Positions 38,423 through 51,133 of a DNA stretch of 64,000 nucleotides are shown one piece after another (the stretch's first letter is position 1; each line of letters starts with the position of its first letter). This DNA comes from Isurus oxyrinchus (taxonomy: Eukaryota), in the NCBI GenBank assembly GCA_026770705.1, contig JANJGN010000026.1, forward strand, positions 35,154,001 through 35,218,000, in the 5' to 3' direction. The translations under genes were made by a program, and so were the position numbers. The notes beneath the pieces were generated by a model, which was given only the letters and a program-made list of their open reading frames with translations, was not told the origin of the DNA and did not search any database.

Positions 38423-40602
38423 TGTAAAAAAAAATGTTCAAACAGGAAAGATCAATCATGCGGGAGTTTAAAATGCAAACTCAATTCATATTTAAAACGA
38501 ACGAAGATATGGAGTGTTTTTGATCCACAGCCATCGCCAGCAGCCTGAGTTTGACAGTAAAAACCAACAGGATTATAGAAATCAGGGAAAGAATGTATTG
38601 TTGCCAGGAGGAAACTGATTACTGATTACACAATCCATAGGAGATGGTTCTGGAACTCTGCAGCCGGGAAAATCTCTCTTGCGGGGGGAAAAGCAATCTC
38701 ACGTCCCTCTGCACGGCTGTAACAACCGATGTCAAATACAGAGCAGAGGCAGCAATCCCTCCAGTAAAGCAAGCAAGCCAGGTCAGGGCGAGAGCAGCAA
38801 ATGAAATTTGCGGGCTGGGCTTCAAATAGTAGTGTTGCCACATGTAACATCCATGTGTGAGGGATTTTCGGTTTGTCCTCACTTTCTGTCACAATGATCC
38901 CTTCCTCCTTTCTTTGAAAGAATCCATTCCAAGAAGAACAAATCCTGCCTCTGTGACCTGCAGATGGCGAATATGTGAATGATAATTCGGAATGTACTCT
39001 GTGCCTCACTACCATTACAAATGGAGGAGTATGAGGCAGTTCCTGCAATAAAGAAACACATCTTGCAATATCACTTTAAATTGAACCGGTGAGTTAGAAC
39101 TGGAGGGCAGAATTTCAAAGGAGAAAATGAAATTATCCGCTGGTATCGAGAACGTTATTCTCACACACGATATGGTGAGAGTGGAATAAGTTTCTGGTTA
39201 GAGTGGCGGACGGATAAACCACTGAATTGTTTAAGGCCGAAGTTGAGTCTTAATAGGGCTGCGAGGCAGGATCGCTTCGAACGGACGAGGGCACAAGTCT
39301 GAATTATCTTGCCAAATAAAGGAACGCAGGAGTTCTAATTGGTTGTTACAAATAACCGGCACCAGATGGCAGTGGAGGATGGTTTCAGTGTGTAGGGTTC
39401 AGTTTCCCGCCGAGAACAGCAATCAGTAACTTTGTTGAAGAAAGGCATTAAAGAAAGATTCAAACATAGAGGCAATACTTTCAAATGTTTTTCTGTTTTT
39501 ATCAATATTGTTGTGTCATTCACGGTTCAGTTTGTTGCACACTTCCCTCTGGATCTTAAGAGTTTTACCCATTCTTCGATGCAGAATAAACAACCTCAGC
39601 TTGCAACCCGCATCCAACAACTGAAGTTCATCTCCTTCCTGTGTAATTAGTGCCGGCTACCTGTCATCGTTCAAAATTCTACAAAGCTCCAGACTCTCAT
39701 CGTGTTTTCCTCCCATGTTTCCCGGTTATCAGTGATTCTTTGCTCTTTTTAGATGCTACGGAGGAGGAGGGATTGGTGGGGGAGGGGGGGGGGGGGGGGG
39801 GGTGCGGTGCCGCGGTGAGTAACTCTGACAGAAACTGACCCTCCCCTCACGGGGAGCGGCGACGCGGCTTCCCATTTACCTGTCAGCCATCAGCCTGATG
39901 AGCTGCATAAAAGCTTTGCGCTCATCTACCTGCTTATATATATATACATTATTTATTCATTATCAAAAAGGTACGGATGTCCTAGACTTTATACTTCAAC
40001 TGCCAATATGCAGACATTATTTGTCAGACCAGCCTGATTTGTTATCCCTCTCGCCGCAGAGCCAGAGGTTTCTGGATTCCAGTCCACTTGAGTCCCCAGA
40101 ATCAATGCGGGCACCCGAGTGCAATCCTATGGGAAGAGTGGACCTCTCTGATGAGGTGTCAACTCGTGATCGTCATTTGCCCTCACATGTGGGTTGATAA
40201 ATCGCAACGCCACTTTTTCAAAGAAGAACAGGCTTGGTTAACATCTATACACCCATAAAGATCTCTGGAACAGACGGGTAATTAAACGATTACTATTTAA
40301 AGGATCATTCCGGGTGCAAATTAGCTGCTGAGTTTTCTACATTACTTTATAACAATGACGGAAAAACAATTTGGGGTGTCACGATACGCGCTACATGAAC
40401 ACTCTATTTTTCATTTTCTCAAATTCCCACATTTGTATATTTATGATATATTCAGTGGATTAGAATTATTAGTAAAATGTATCGCATATGCGGGAACCTG
40501 TTCAGACTCACTCCTGATCACAATGGTTGCGTCATGCTCTGTGATATTGAGAGACTCTCTGACAGTTTTTGTACAGGTTCAGCCCAGCCCCGAGTCTCTG
40601 TG

Positions 40603-41052
40603 AGTCTCAGTGCGCAGTAATACACCGCGGAGTCTGCCAGTTCTGTTTCAGACACTTTAAGCGGGACGGTGCCGATCGAATCGTTGAGCTCCGCTGAAAA
40701 ACGGTCCCCAGGAAATCTCTCTTTGTTCTCGGTGTATTTAGTCCTCAGCAGCAGATGCTCCATGGATCCGCTGGGATGCTGACGATACCAGAATAAGCTG
40801 AGATCGTTGCTGTATGTAGCTGTATAATTACAGAACAACCGAACATTGTCTCCTTCACTCACTGTGACTGCAGGCGGTGCCTGTGAAAAAACGGAATCTC
40901 CTCGACAATGTCCTGTAAGAGCCAAGAGTGACATTAAATTAAACGATATCATTTCACTTTGTTCATGCGCTTTAATAGGATCATCGCCCTGGACAATAAC
41001 CTGAGAAATGAATCGGAGGAGCTAAACACAGATATATACCCCACCACTCAGT
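40603..41052 (-). CDS. TCR alpha/delta V with intact V exon (40912-40603) but defective own leader (41052-41001)
   Basis: GHCRGDSVFSQAPPAVTVSEGDNVRLFCNY...LFWYRQHPSG...LKVSETELADSAVYYCALRL is open. RSS CACAGAG-23-ACAAAAACT (40602-40564). The leader-like exon reads TEWWGIYLCLAPPIHFS with no ATG. Confidence 0.88.
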
Positions 41053-41119
41053 GGCTGTAATCGGAAGGTGCTTGGACCGAATAAATAAAACTTCCTTCAA
41101 TGAACATTCGGCTCCTTCT

Positions 41120-41478
41120 ATCGAAATCAGGTCCTCAGCTTCGTTTCCTGTAATTTGAAGGGAAAGTGAAAACTCTCGGTGAGCTTAAAGCTTTGGTGTT
41201 TGTCAAAGACCGTCTCCGACACCGGCGGGGCCCGTAGTCTCACTTTAAATCTTCCAGCCTCATTCATTCGAGCAGCTTTCCTACTACCGTGCAGCGACAA
41301 AGTGGATCCAGATGATTTTCTCATTTGGGATCAACATATTTTTACCAGCTGTTAATCGAACTGTCCGATTGAATGTAGGGAATGGTAAAGATGTGACTCG
41401 CAGAGTTGTACAATTTATGAACCTACCAGTGAAAAGAGCTGCTGCTGTGAGGAATAAATACAAAGCAACAGGAGACAT
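41120..41478 (-). pseudogene. Intact leader exon (41478-41427) followed by a decayed V-like exon
   Basis: MSPVALYLFLTAAALFT|GTAGGT (phase 1). Downstream fragments KSSGSTLSL and FSLSLQITGNEAED are V-framework-like but carry stops and frameshifts. Three CCAAT boxes lie at ~41577-41647. Confidence 0.62.
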
Positions 41479-41929
41479 GTTTGCAGAGAGCTCGCGGCGG
41501 ATCTAACCAGAATAGGGTGAAGTGAAATTGTTTTAGTCAAGGGTTGGTAAGAAGTGGCGTTACACCCCGGCCTCTGCTGATTGGTTCATTGCTGACTGGG
41601 TCACCAATCAGCTGAAAGCTTCTTTGTGTTTAATTCAACCAATCAGGTCGCAGCTCCTTTGATCTCTAATTCGTATCACCAGCGTCGGGAGAAAGGAAGG
41701 AAGTGAATGTATTCATCTCACAACAGGGAATTGGACAGGGATTAAACTCAATGTTCACCCCTTAACAAGTTCAATCGGTAAGACGGAGAGAGAAGGAAAG
41801 AGCTGCTCTATGATTATGAAAACACCGTTAGCCCTAGTTAACAGGCTTCAGTTGGAAATTCATTTAGACTTAGGTGATTAAATAAACTCGTCAAGCGACC
41901 ATCAAAAACAAAAAATCCCAAACCCGCAA

Positions 41930-42200
41930 ACCCTTCCTCCGAGAAGGACAAGGGCGGCAGACACCGCCGGCTGCAAGTCCCCCTCCAAGCCCCACACAAG
42001 TATAACTGAAAACTATAACGGCCGCCCCTTCACTGTCGCTGGATCGAAATGCTGGAACTCCCTCCCTAACAGCACTGTGGACGTACCTACACCACATGGA
42101 TTGCAGCGGTTCAAGAAGAAAGCTCACCATAGACTTCTCAAGAGGGGTGGGGAGGAAATGCTGGTCCGGCTAGCGACTTTCAATACCAGTACAGCATGGA
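41930..42200 (+). mobile_element. CR1/L2-superfamily LINE 3' end
   Basis: cccctccaagcc...cttcactgtcgctgg...ggaactccctccctaacagcactgtgg..tacctacaccacatgg; same family as 54200-55350. Confidence 0.75.
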
Positions 42201-42619
42201 AAAATGTCCTCCTCCTGTCACCCGCTCGGATAATCAATCCAACGACTAATGATGCACCCTACTGCGCTCGTGTTTCTGTCAATTAGTCCGTGTCAATCAT
42301 CCCAGTACGAGAACTGATAAAGTTCTGCAAGACGCGTATTGTTTATGTATCCACAGATACTGACTTACTTACTTTTTTGCATAATCATTCTGTCAGCCGC
42401 CCTCTGGTGACAAGAGCGTATAAACTTTTACAAAGCAGTTTCAGAGATAGCAGTTGGCTCAGGGTCATGTGCTTTGCTGAAAGGCAGACATAATTGATAT
42501 CACCATTGAACATCGGAACATGATAATTTTTCTAAATGATTATGCTGTGATGGTCTTCGCATCCAGTCGCCTTGTAACTGAATTCTTGAAGTGGAGTTTC
42601 ACATCCACAAACTGCCGGG

Positions 42620-42910
42620 TGTACATGTATGAAGGTTTAACTTGTTTCCAACACGGTGACCCTCAGGGCGCAGGAATAAATTGCAGTTAGATACAGCCCA
42701 GTGATGGCAAATGAATTTTGTCAAGCTGCCGACATTTGCAGACCAATGCATTTTAGCAAAATCTGCTTTATTTTTCAAAACCTTTGAAGCATTACATAAA
42801 CTAAGCATTGGCTGTGTTTCAGCTTGTTGTTGGTACCAGCTGCCGCGTCTGTTTCTGTCTTAAGCCTTACGAATAGTGCCTGAGCGACAATATCTCCATG
42901 GCTCAGATAT
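42620..42910 (-). pseudogene. TCR V pseudogene (inverted paralog of 16251-16540)
   Basis: LSHGDIVAQALFVRLKTETD/WYQQQAETQP...KNKADFAK...CALR; Cys23 region deleted; heptamer CACCGTG (42658-42652), nonamer degenerate. Confidence 0.82.
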
Positions 42911-43148
42911 CAGAAATTTGTAGTAAACAAGGAAAGATCAAAAACACGGGAGTCTTGGCCTGGAGGAGGGTAACTTATGAAAAGCAGATACGCAGCCACC
43001 AGATACGGTCAATAAATAAATAAATGAATAAAACTTATGAAAGAAAAAGAATCGAAGGAGAGTTTAGAATCGGAAATTGTTGAATGTTATTTTGAGCCCG
43101 GAAGGCGAATAATTCTGTAAAGTTGCACCTTGCAGTTCCATGTCAACG

Positions 43149-43162
43149 CCACTAGAGGGCAG
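43149..43162 (+). promoter_or_regulatory. CTCF-like site
   Basis: CCACTAGAGGGCAG. Confidence 0.7.
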
Positions 43163-43715
43163 TGTGAGACAGTGTTGATTTCGGGGTCGGGTTGCATTCT
43201 GGTCTCACAACAGTGTTCAGAAATTTTACTGAAGAAAATTGACGAAAAGAACAAATTCAGAAACAGAAACATTATTTTTTTCAATGTTTATATAACTCTT
43301 GGTAGGTTGTATCTATTTGAAAAAAAAAGAAAATGCATCCACGCACATGGGTTCAAACGGTAAAATATTTAGACTAATATCAGGATATATTTGTTGTCAC
43401 AATGAGATGCATCACAGTGTGGAACAAACTTTCAGCCAGAATGCGGGAGGAAAATACCCTGGAATCCTTTGATGCTTAGTTGAAGGCGAGATTAGGGCCT
43501 TTATGGATAGGAGAGCGATACGAGGAAGAAGGCAACAGCAGTTCGAATTTGTAACTACCTTGAGAACTGCAGCTTGGCGGGAATTTACGTGAATTATTGC
43601 ACCCATGCAATTGTCAGTGTGCACCAGCAGAAAGCAGTGTGAATCACTGAGAAATTTTGAATGTGGACCGTCCGGTGTGAGCTCGGAGACAGCGTGAGCT
43701 GTGTCAGTGTGAAAC

Positions 43716-44020
43716 CTTATCTTTACCTTGCTTGCCCTGCTCTCAACCCTTAATTAGCACATTCCTTAGATAATATCATCACCTTCAACACCTCTTTGTC
43801 TTTCTGTCTGTGACATCTTTTGGTTATCTCCACTTATCACTGGCCGTTTATCCAGCTCTACTTGCCTGCCCCCCCACCCCCTTAAACCAGCTTATATTTC
43901 ACCTCTCTTCTATTTTTACTTAGTTCAGTTGAGGAGTCAATCGGACTCGAAACATTAACTGTGCTCCTCTCCGCAGATGCTGCAAGACCTGCTGAGTTTT
44001 TCCAGGTATTTTTGTTTTTG
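43716..44020 (+). mobile_element. Penelope-like element terminal fragment
   Basis: ...tcgaaacattaactgtgctcctctccgcagatgctgcaagacctgctgagtttttccagg...; absent from the paralogous position near 14880. Confidence 0.6.
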
Positions 44021-44219
44021 ACTCAGTTTCTGTCGTTAGTTCGATAGGAATGCGCCTCTGAGTTGCTCGTTGTGAGTTCTTCAGACGATAATATCCATCC
44101 CCTGGTTTTAACCTGACCCTCCGGACAATTTTCTCAACCGGCATTTCATGTGGTCTGATAATACTTCGGATTTACAGAGTGCTTCTGCTGTTTTCCAGCA
44201 GAAGCGGGAATCATATCCA

Positions 44220-44513
44220 TGAAGTTCTCCATCACCATTGCATTTGACATCGTGCGTTGGTGCAGACGGATTCCGAATCAGCCCCCTCCCCCAGCCCACC
44301 CCACGCCCCCCTACCACCGACCAACCCCTCTCTCCACGCGCCCAGCATCTATTGATGGCCACAAGAGGAACTGACCAACATGAGATGATCACTGCTTCAA
44401 CCGAGGGAGGCAACAAACTCCGTGCCGTGACTGGGAGTCGCTCGGGTTACAGACGCTGCTGCCTATCTCTGTGCCACAGTCTCACAGTTCAATGAAGAGC
44501 TGCTACAGAAACC
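44220..44513 (+). pseudogene. TCR V pseudogene retaining a 23-RSS
   Basis: FDIVRWCRRIPNQPP-[C-rich insert]-QHLLMATRGTDQHEMITAS...ARVTDAAAYLCA; CACAGTC(44475)-23-ACAGAAACC(44505-44513). Confidence 0.78.
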
Positions 44514-45037
44514 TGGACCAAGTGGGCGAACCACACCACTGTTATTCGATCATCGGCCTTTTGAGTGGTGCTTTTACAAAGATCCCAGGGTAGGGGCTAT
44601 GAAAACAAAACAAAAAATAAAATCTAGAATTGAAATACTTAAAGATAGTCAGAAATGAAGAGAATTGGACACAGAGTTGGAGAGAAAAAGAAAAAACTTA
44701 TCGCACAATCCAGAATGAGTGGGAGAAAAACAGAAAGCAAAACCGTGTTTAACCATTCGTGAAGAGGACAGAAAATTAGGAAACAATCGAACGATAAGAG
44801 GAAACAAGTAAAAATTAACGAGTGTGAAGCATAGAGGTAAAAATCAGATAAAATAATTATTGAAAAAAGCTTATATAAAGTAAAATGCCCTTTCCTTTAA
44901 CTTCACTCATATTTACTTGATAGTTACACAGTTGAATTTTTTGAAGTACGTCCCTGAAAAAGTGGTTGCTGGAAATTGTCCCATGGATAAACTTGCATTC
45001 GGCTCATTGTTCTAAAGGTGTAATATTCTTAGATTTC

Positions 45038-45051
45038 CCACCAGAGGGCGC
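45038..45051 (+). promoter_or_regulatory. CTCF-like site
   Basis: CCACCAGAGGGCGC. Confidence 0.75.
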
Positions 45052-46029
45052 AGTGGTTAGATGTTCCTCCCTGTTATCAAACTGAAATTAGAGAGGCAGA
45101 ACTGGCGGAAACACTGCCAGCTGCAATCCCGCCAACAACTTCCATTTGCAGTTACTCTTACGAGCACCTGAAGATGCCGATTTAATCTTAACAAAGGGGT
45201 AATATCAGTAAATATGCAGCGTTTGGTCTCGTCCTGCACCGCAGTGTTTATGCAATATTCTGAGATATGGGACAGGAAGAGAAAACATTGTGACACTAGC
45301 AAATAACGAAAAATGGCACCTGAAATAACAATCTCCTTTTTGTCCCGTCTCCCCAACTCCAACTGAATGTCGGTATCAACCTGTTACATTTTATGAATTA
45401 TATTTAGCCTAATGAACAATGACAGTCCTCTAATCTGTTGAGCTATAGACTGGGGAAAGGGTGTGCTCGCTATGCTTTGCATTAGTAGAGTTGTCACCTT
45501 CATCAAACCGAATGAACACGTCCCAGTTCACAAATTTCAGCACAAAATCCTGCCTAACATTTGAGGAAGAGCTGCAATTTCGGACATATCACTTTTTGGA
45601 TGTGAATTGAAACCGAGTCCTTTCCTGAACTATCTCATGGCATAACATTTCTAATTGCATTACTTTTGGAAGAACAGGGGGATTGTCCCTGGCGTATTGT
45701 TCCAATATTTAGCCTTAATCATATCTAATATCAGGTTAAATGTTTAATTTCACATTTCTCTTTGTTGGATCCTGTTGTAAGTATTATTTTCTGGTTCGTT
45801 CCCCTGTATTGCAACATTTTAACTTCAAAAGCATTCCAGTAGATAGAATGGTGCAAAGCATTTTGGTACATCATAAGAGCGAGTAACGTGCTAGAAAAAT
45901 GCAAGTTCTTTCATTCTAAATAAACATAATTTAAATTGGAAATTAAATAGTCAAAAGTTTAAAGCCCATTATAACTTTGAGAATGTCCTTTATTATAACC
46001 TATATTTCTGCCCTAGTGTGTTTATGGGA

Positions 46030-46380
46030 AATTATAAAGAAGGCTTTACTCTATATCTGACAGAGTTACATCAAATCTGGGAGTGTTTTACAGGGAAAGT
46101 ATAGAGGGAGATTTACCCTGTATCTAACAAAGTTGCATCAAAATTGGAGTGTTTTACAGGGGCAGGATGGAGAGAACATTGCTCTGTATCTAACAGTTGC
46201 GTCAAATCTGGGAGTGATTGACAGGCACATTATAGAGGGAGCTTTACTGTGGATCTAACCCCGTGCTGTACCTATTCTGAGAGCGTTTGATGGGGACAGT
46301 ATAGATGGAGCTTCACTCTGTATCTAACCCTGTGCTGTACCTGTCCTGGGATTTTTCTGACAGCGCAGAGGGAGCTTTAC
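46030..46380 (+). repeat. Degenerate minisatellite, ~53-66 bp units
   Basis: Recurring tagagggagctttactctgtatctaac...ctgggagtgttt units, about six copies. Confidence 0.8.
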
Positions 46381-47680
46381 TTCGAGAGAGAATGAAATAG
46401 AGAAAGGACGTGCAGAGAGAGAAAGAGAGAGATCGGAATCATTAAATGTTCATATACAACTTTAAAAATTATATTATTGTTCTAAAATGAGTTGGTTTTG
46501 TCGTTAAACCGACTGTTATTTTTCCAGAACTCTTTGGTTGGATCTTCAGAAACACAAGATATTTTTTGCAAAAAAATTGTTTTGTTTTCTGTTTTGTCTG
46601 AAATAATCCTTTTCAGTCCAGCCAAAGAAGTTCATCGGAGTTATTTTTCTGTCGAAATCTTTAGTTTTTGCTCTTTTATGCGCCCTGGCATTTGAAAACA
46701 AACTGCTAACTGAATCTTAACGGAAAGTTTTCTGCTCGTGTTTGCACCGACTGTATCAGTTTCAATGTTACCGTGCATCACTTCGTTTCCTCTAATATGT
46801 TTCGCTTTCAGTTAAGTTTAAAAACATTGCCTCAGATAGCTTGGAAATTGAAAATAAAATGAATTCGAAAATAACTTGATTTTTTTTTCACCTTGTTGCC
46901 TGCCGTGTTCCGTTATAATGCAATTTTGGCTCCTTATTTTGCTCAGGAGTGTTATAACAAATTATATGCATCTTGTGAAATTTATCAATCGGTTTACTTT
47001 GTCTGTTTCTCTCTGTCTAACTTCATTCGATTCCATGAATATGTTTTGTCCAACTAGATATTAACACCGTTTCTCAGCAACTGTAATTTTTGCGATTCAT
47101 ATTTGGCACTAATTCTGAGTTGTCAATGAAGAGAAAATGTCCACTAACTGGGAGCAACATCCTGTTCAGTGGGGAATTTGTAATCAATATGAGAGAGAAG
47201 AGTGACCGATAATTTAGTAGAAGTGCCAGCGAGATTTGATTTAATCACACGACACTTTTAAATGCTGCGTTAAGAGGGCAGCAAAGACACCAAATATATC
47301 AGCAAATATATGAATACAGCCAGAAGCTGCTTCCCAACACAAATTACCTTGCTAGGCCATTCTGGAGGGCAGTTAAGGCTCAACTACATGGCTGGGGCTG
47401 TGGAGTCACAAGAAGGCCAGACCAAGTAAGGACTGCAGGTTCCCTTCCCTAAAGGACATTAGAGAACCAGAGGTTTTGTTTTTGTCATGGCAACAGATGA
47501 TCGCCATTGAGACTAATCTGTTTTCAATTCGAGATTGTTTTTATTAATTAATTGAACAGATTCAATTCCACCACTTGCTGTGGGGGGCCGGAGGGGAGGG
47601 GTGGGGGGGGGGGGGTGCGGGGGGGGGTGGGGGGGCGGGTGGTGGGGGTGGGGGGAAGATTGAACCCAGTCTCCACATCA

Positions 47681-48222
47681 GCACCGTGTGAGAGTTGGAG
47701 AAGTTTTGTAAAGCGGGGAGAACAGAATAAAATAGGGAGGATAAAATCCAGGAAATATTGTATCACATCATAAAGTAATTACAATGTAATACAAGGCAGT
47801 CAACATCTGTAAGTGACCGACACAGACGAGTCAACGCGTTCCTAAGTGATCTAAGGCCTTACAGGGACCAGTGACATTGCCGCTACCCCACCATCTCACG
47901 TAACTGCTAAAATAAAGCAGAAATTACGTACTCGCATCGCCGTGAAATTGACTACAGTGCCAGGGTCCAACAATGGTGATGAAAAATAATGAAAACTATT
48001 GAATAAAGCAGCAGATCAATTAAGGAAGCCTAAGAACTCTTTGTTACTCAGGTCACTTAGGAAGGCGTTGACTTGCCGGTGTCGGTCACTTACAGATTTT
48101 GACTGCCTTGTAGTACATTGTGATTACTTTATGACGTGAAGCAATATTTCCAGGAATATTGACCTCTCTATTTTATTCTGTTCTACCTGCTTTGCAAAAT
48201 CTCTCCAAATCTCACACGGAGC
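47681..48222. repeat. Local inverted repeat, arms ~47681-47856 and ~48045-48222
   Basis: acaaggcagtcaacatctgtaagtgaccgacac vs gtgtcggtcacttacagattttgactgccttgt, extending ~175 bp. Confidence 0.9.
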
Positions 48223-49313
48223 TAGCACAAATATGGTTTAAAAATGAGCATAACTGAAAATATTGAGATTAATGCTGCCATGTTCCCCATTTCCTAACAG
48301 GTAGAAATATTTGCTCAAGTTTACAAACCGCCGGAGGAATTCGCTTGAACGTGTATATTTCACCGTGGACTTTTTTCTGATTGGTATAACTGCCATCCTG
48401 CGGTTTTTGTTTTCCCGCTCAAAAATTAAACTAGGTCATCAAAACCCTGTTGTCTCAGATATAGGTAAAGGGAAGGTGGAGTAGAACAGATTAATGAGAC
48501 AAATTGTCGGAAAGGGGAAGGCGATCTGCTTTCGATACAGTCCAATGTTCTTAGTCTGGGAGTAGCGAGCCTTTTGAGGGGTTGCGCTCAATAACTGTTC
48601 GTGGATTGGTGCACAGAATATCCCATCTGCTTACGCAACGCCGCAAGGGCCGATCCTGAGGCTAGGTCGAGTTACTGACACCATTTTTATTAGTGTTGGG
48701 TGAAAAACAGAAAAAGTTGTGGACTGGCCCACAAGTTGCTATAATTAATTTACTATTTCCATCAACAATTACAGAAAGCAAAGGACGACCCAGTCCATCC
48801 AGAATGCCCCGCAGTAGAAATTAAGTAAATTAGAATTGCAGTCACTATGGTAATGTAGGACATAGTCAAATTATGCACAGCAAGCTCCTACGAAGAGCAA
48901 TGTGATCACTTGTTTCATTGATATTGTTTGAGGTTTAAATGCACGGGAGAGCTGACCAGCTCTTTTGTGCAACAAGCGGCAGAGTTTTTAAGGTCCTCCT
49001 CGGGGAGGGAGTTGGTGGGGGTTGGGGGGGGTGGCCGTGGGGCGGGGGGCGGTTGGTTGTGGGTGCGTGAGAGGCGGAGTTTCCATTTAATAGCTCATCC
49101 GAAAATTGGCACCACGGACATTGCAGCTCTCCCTTTATACTGGCAGTAGAAGTGTCAGCCTGAGTTAAGTGCTCACGCTTCTAGAGTGGGGCCTGAACAC
49201 TTACATTTCTGATAGACAAGTAGGGTTGTGAGATGGAACAGTTAAACTGAGTCACGGATAGCACTTACCCACAAAGGCCGGGTTTCTTTGAACTGGCAGT
49301 TCTACATCACTGG

Positions 49314-49805
49314 GGTTTTTGTATAGCCACAGATGAGTTTTAAACCAGTGTGTTTCTCAGCGCGCAGAAATATACGGCGGACTCCTGGATTTCTGCTCGA
49401 GTGATCATTAGAGGAAATGACTTTCCTTCGTTAGTCTGACCTGCCTCGAATTTCTCTTTGGTAAAATCTGCATCTTTTTTACTGCTTCTATCTCGATACA
49501 AAATAAAATGCGGAGCCTGGTTCGTGTGCTGTCTGCCCAAGTACAGGCCGGGATTACCGTGATTTGTTGTGTAGCTACAGTCTATTTTCTTGCTGTCTCC
49601 TTCAGTAACACGCAGTGTGGTCTGAGTTTGGGACACAGAATCTGTCTGAATCACACCTGAAATAAAACGTAAGCAAAAGCTGAATGCAATACTGAGTTTA
49701 AAAGTCTATTAACATCACATAACTGCAAACAGATAAAATGATCTGGCTGCACCCACCGAACATCAGCCACAATAAAATCAGATGAGAATGCGGCATAAGC
49801 CTCAT
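49314..49805 (-). CDS. TCR alpha/delta V, open frame but lacking Trp41 (leader 49805-49757, V exon 49656-49353)
   Basis: MRLMPHSHLILLWLMF|GVIQTDSVSQTQTTLRVTEGDSKKIDCSY...LYLGRQ...ESAVYFCALR; RSS CACACTG-23-ACAAAAACC (49352-49314). Confidence 0.9.
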
Positions 49806-51133
49806 TATATCCTCAGCAACAATCTCTTCAAATAGCAGATATATTTACTATTGCAATCTGTTACATTACGAAACAGTTCTGCAGAGAGCTTTAACGGAAG
49901 GGGAGTAGGGGGGCGGAGGCTGGTGGAAGTACCTTTTGTAATTCTTTTCCAATAAGAAGTAGCGAATGAGTTGACTCAGTAACCGCATTTTGACACGAGT
50001 GCTGACTGGCCAAATATAATTTCTCTACTTCCTCCTACACCGTCTAATGGCATCACTCAGAATATCACTCAGTAGGTGGAAGGAGGAGGGGACAACGTTT
50101 GGCTGCTGGGGGGAGCTACGCTGGATGGGGTTTGTGTTTGGCAATTCGCCCCTCCCTCCCCTCCTCAGACTTCTTGGTCAGAAAAGAAAATAATGAGGTC
50201 ATTTAAAGAACAATTGTACATTCGTCATGTTGCAGGAGGGAAATAGCGAACCAGAGAAACTAGGAGAGGGAATAACAGGACTGAAAAAGACGGAAGAGTC
50301 ACAAATAATGAAGGCAAGGGTGAATAAGAGACACTGAGGAAGAAATCACACGATGATTGTCATAAGGGAACAGCTGCTTTTCCCAGTGTTGTTCTAGCCA
50401 TTGCCCAGTTATGGGCGATGGTGGCAAGATCGGCATTTATTGCCCATCCCTCGCTTCACATAAGAATGTTATGATGAGCCTTCTCCTCCAACCGCCAGAG
50501 TGTGTATGGTGAAAGTGCTCCACAGTACAGTTTTTACCGGAATGAGAATTGACAGTGGTTTGTAGGATTAATTGATAACACAGTACATAAAGAGGTCATT
50601 TTGTTAAGCTTGAAGCCTGCAGGAGTTATCCAATAAACCCCAAGCTATTTTCCTTTTCCGTAGACCTGCATGTTTCATTTTGAAACATTTATCCAATTGC
50701 TTAATATTGTACCTGCTACCATCATTCTTTCAGGAAGGCTTTCAAGATCACAATAACTCGCCTTGAAACAACTCATAAATCCTCACACACACCCTTTATC
50801 CCCGCCCTCCCCGGAATGATTAACTTTAATCGATATCATCTGATTATCGTCCCTCCTGCCAGAAGAAATGATTTCCTCTCATGTACTTTATAAGAAAATT
50901 TTCATAGCTTTGGTCACCTCAAATAAAATTCCCCTTAGTTTCTCTGTTCCAAGGGGAAAAAAGGTTTCTCGATTCACTACAGCTAAATGATATCCGTACT
51001 CCTTGACACCATTGTGTTAGAACGTGAAAAAATGTGTTTTTCATCATTTTCTCAATGAGAAATTTTATTTTTGAAGAGTCGTTCCGTGGCAGATGCGATT
51101 GCTTATCTCTCCAGCTTTTCTATGGTATAACGA

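Noticed and set aside
38619-39048. Possible exon after a good acceptor near 39042, with overlapping ORFs
   Set aside because: I could not assign an Ig V/C or any other family motif; needs a tBLASTx search
47681-48222. DNA transposon (MITE) call for the foldback
   Set aside because: No clear TSD, and one arm sits inside another element; kept only as an inverted repeat
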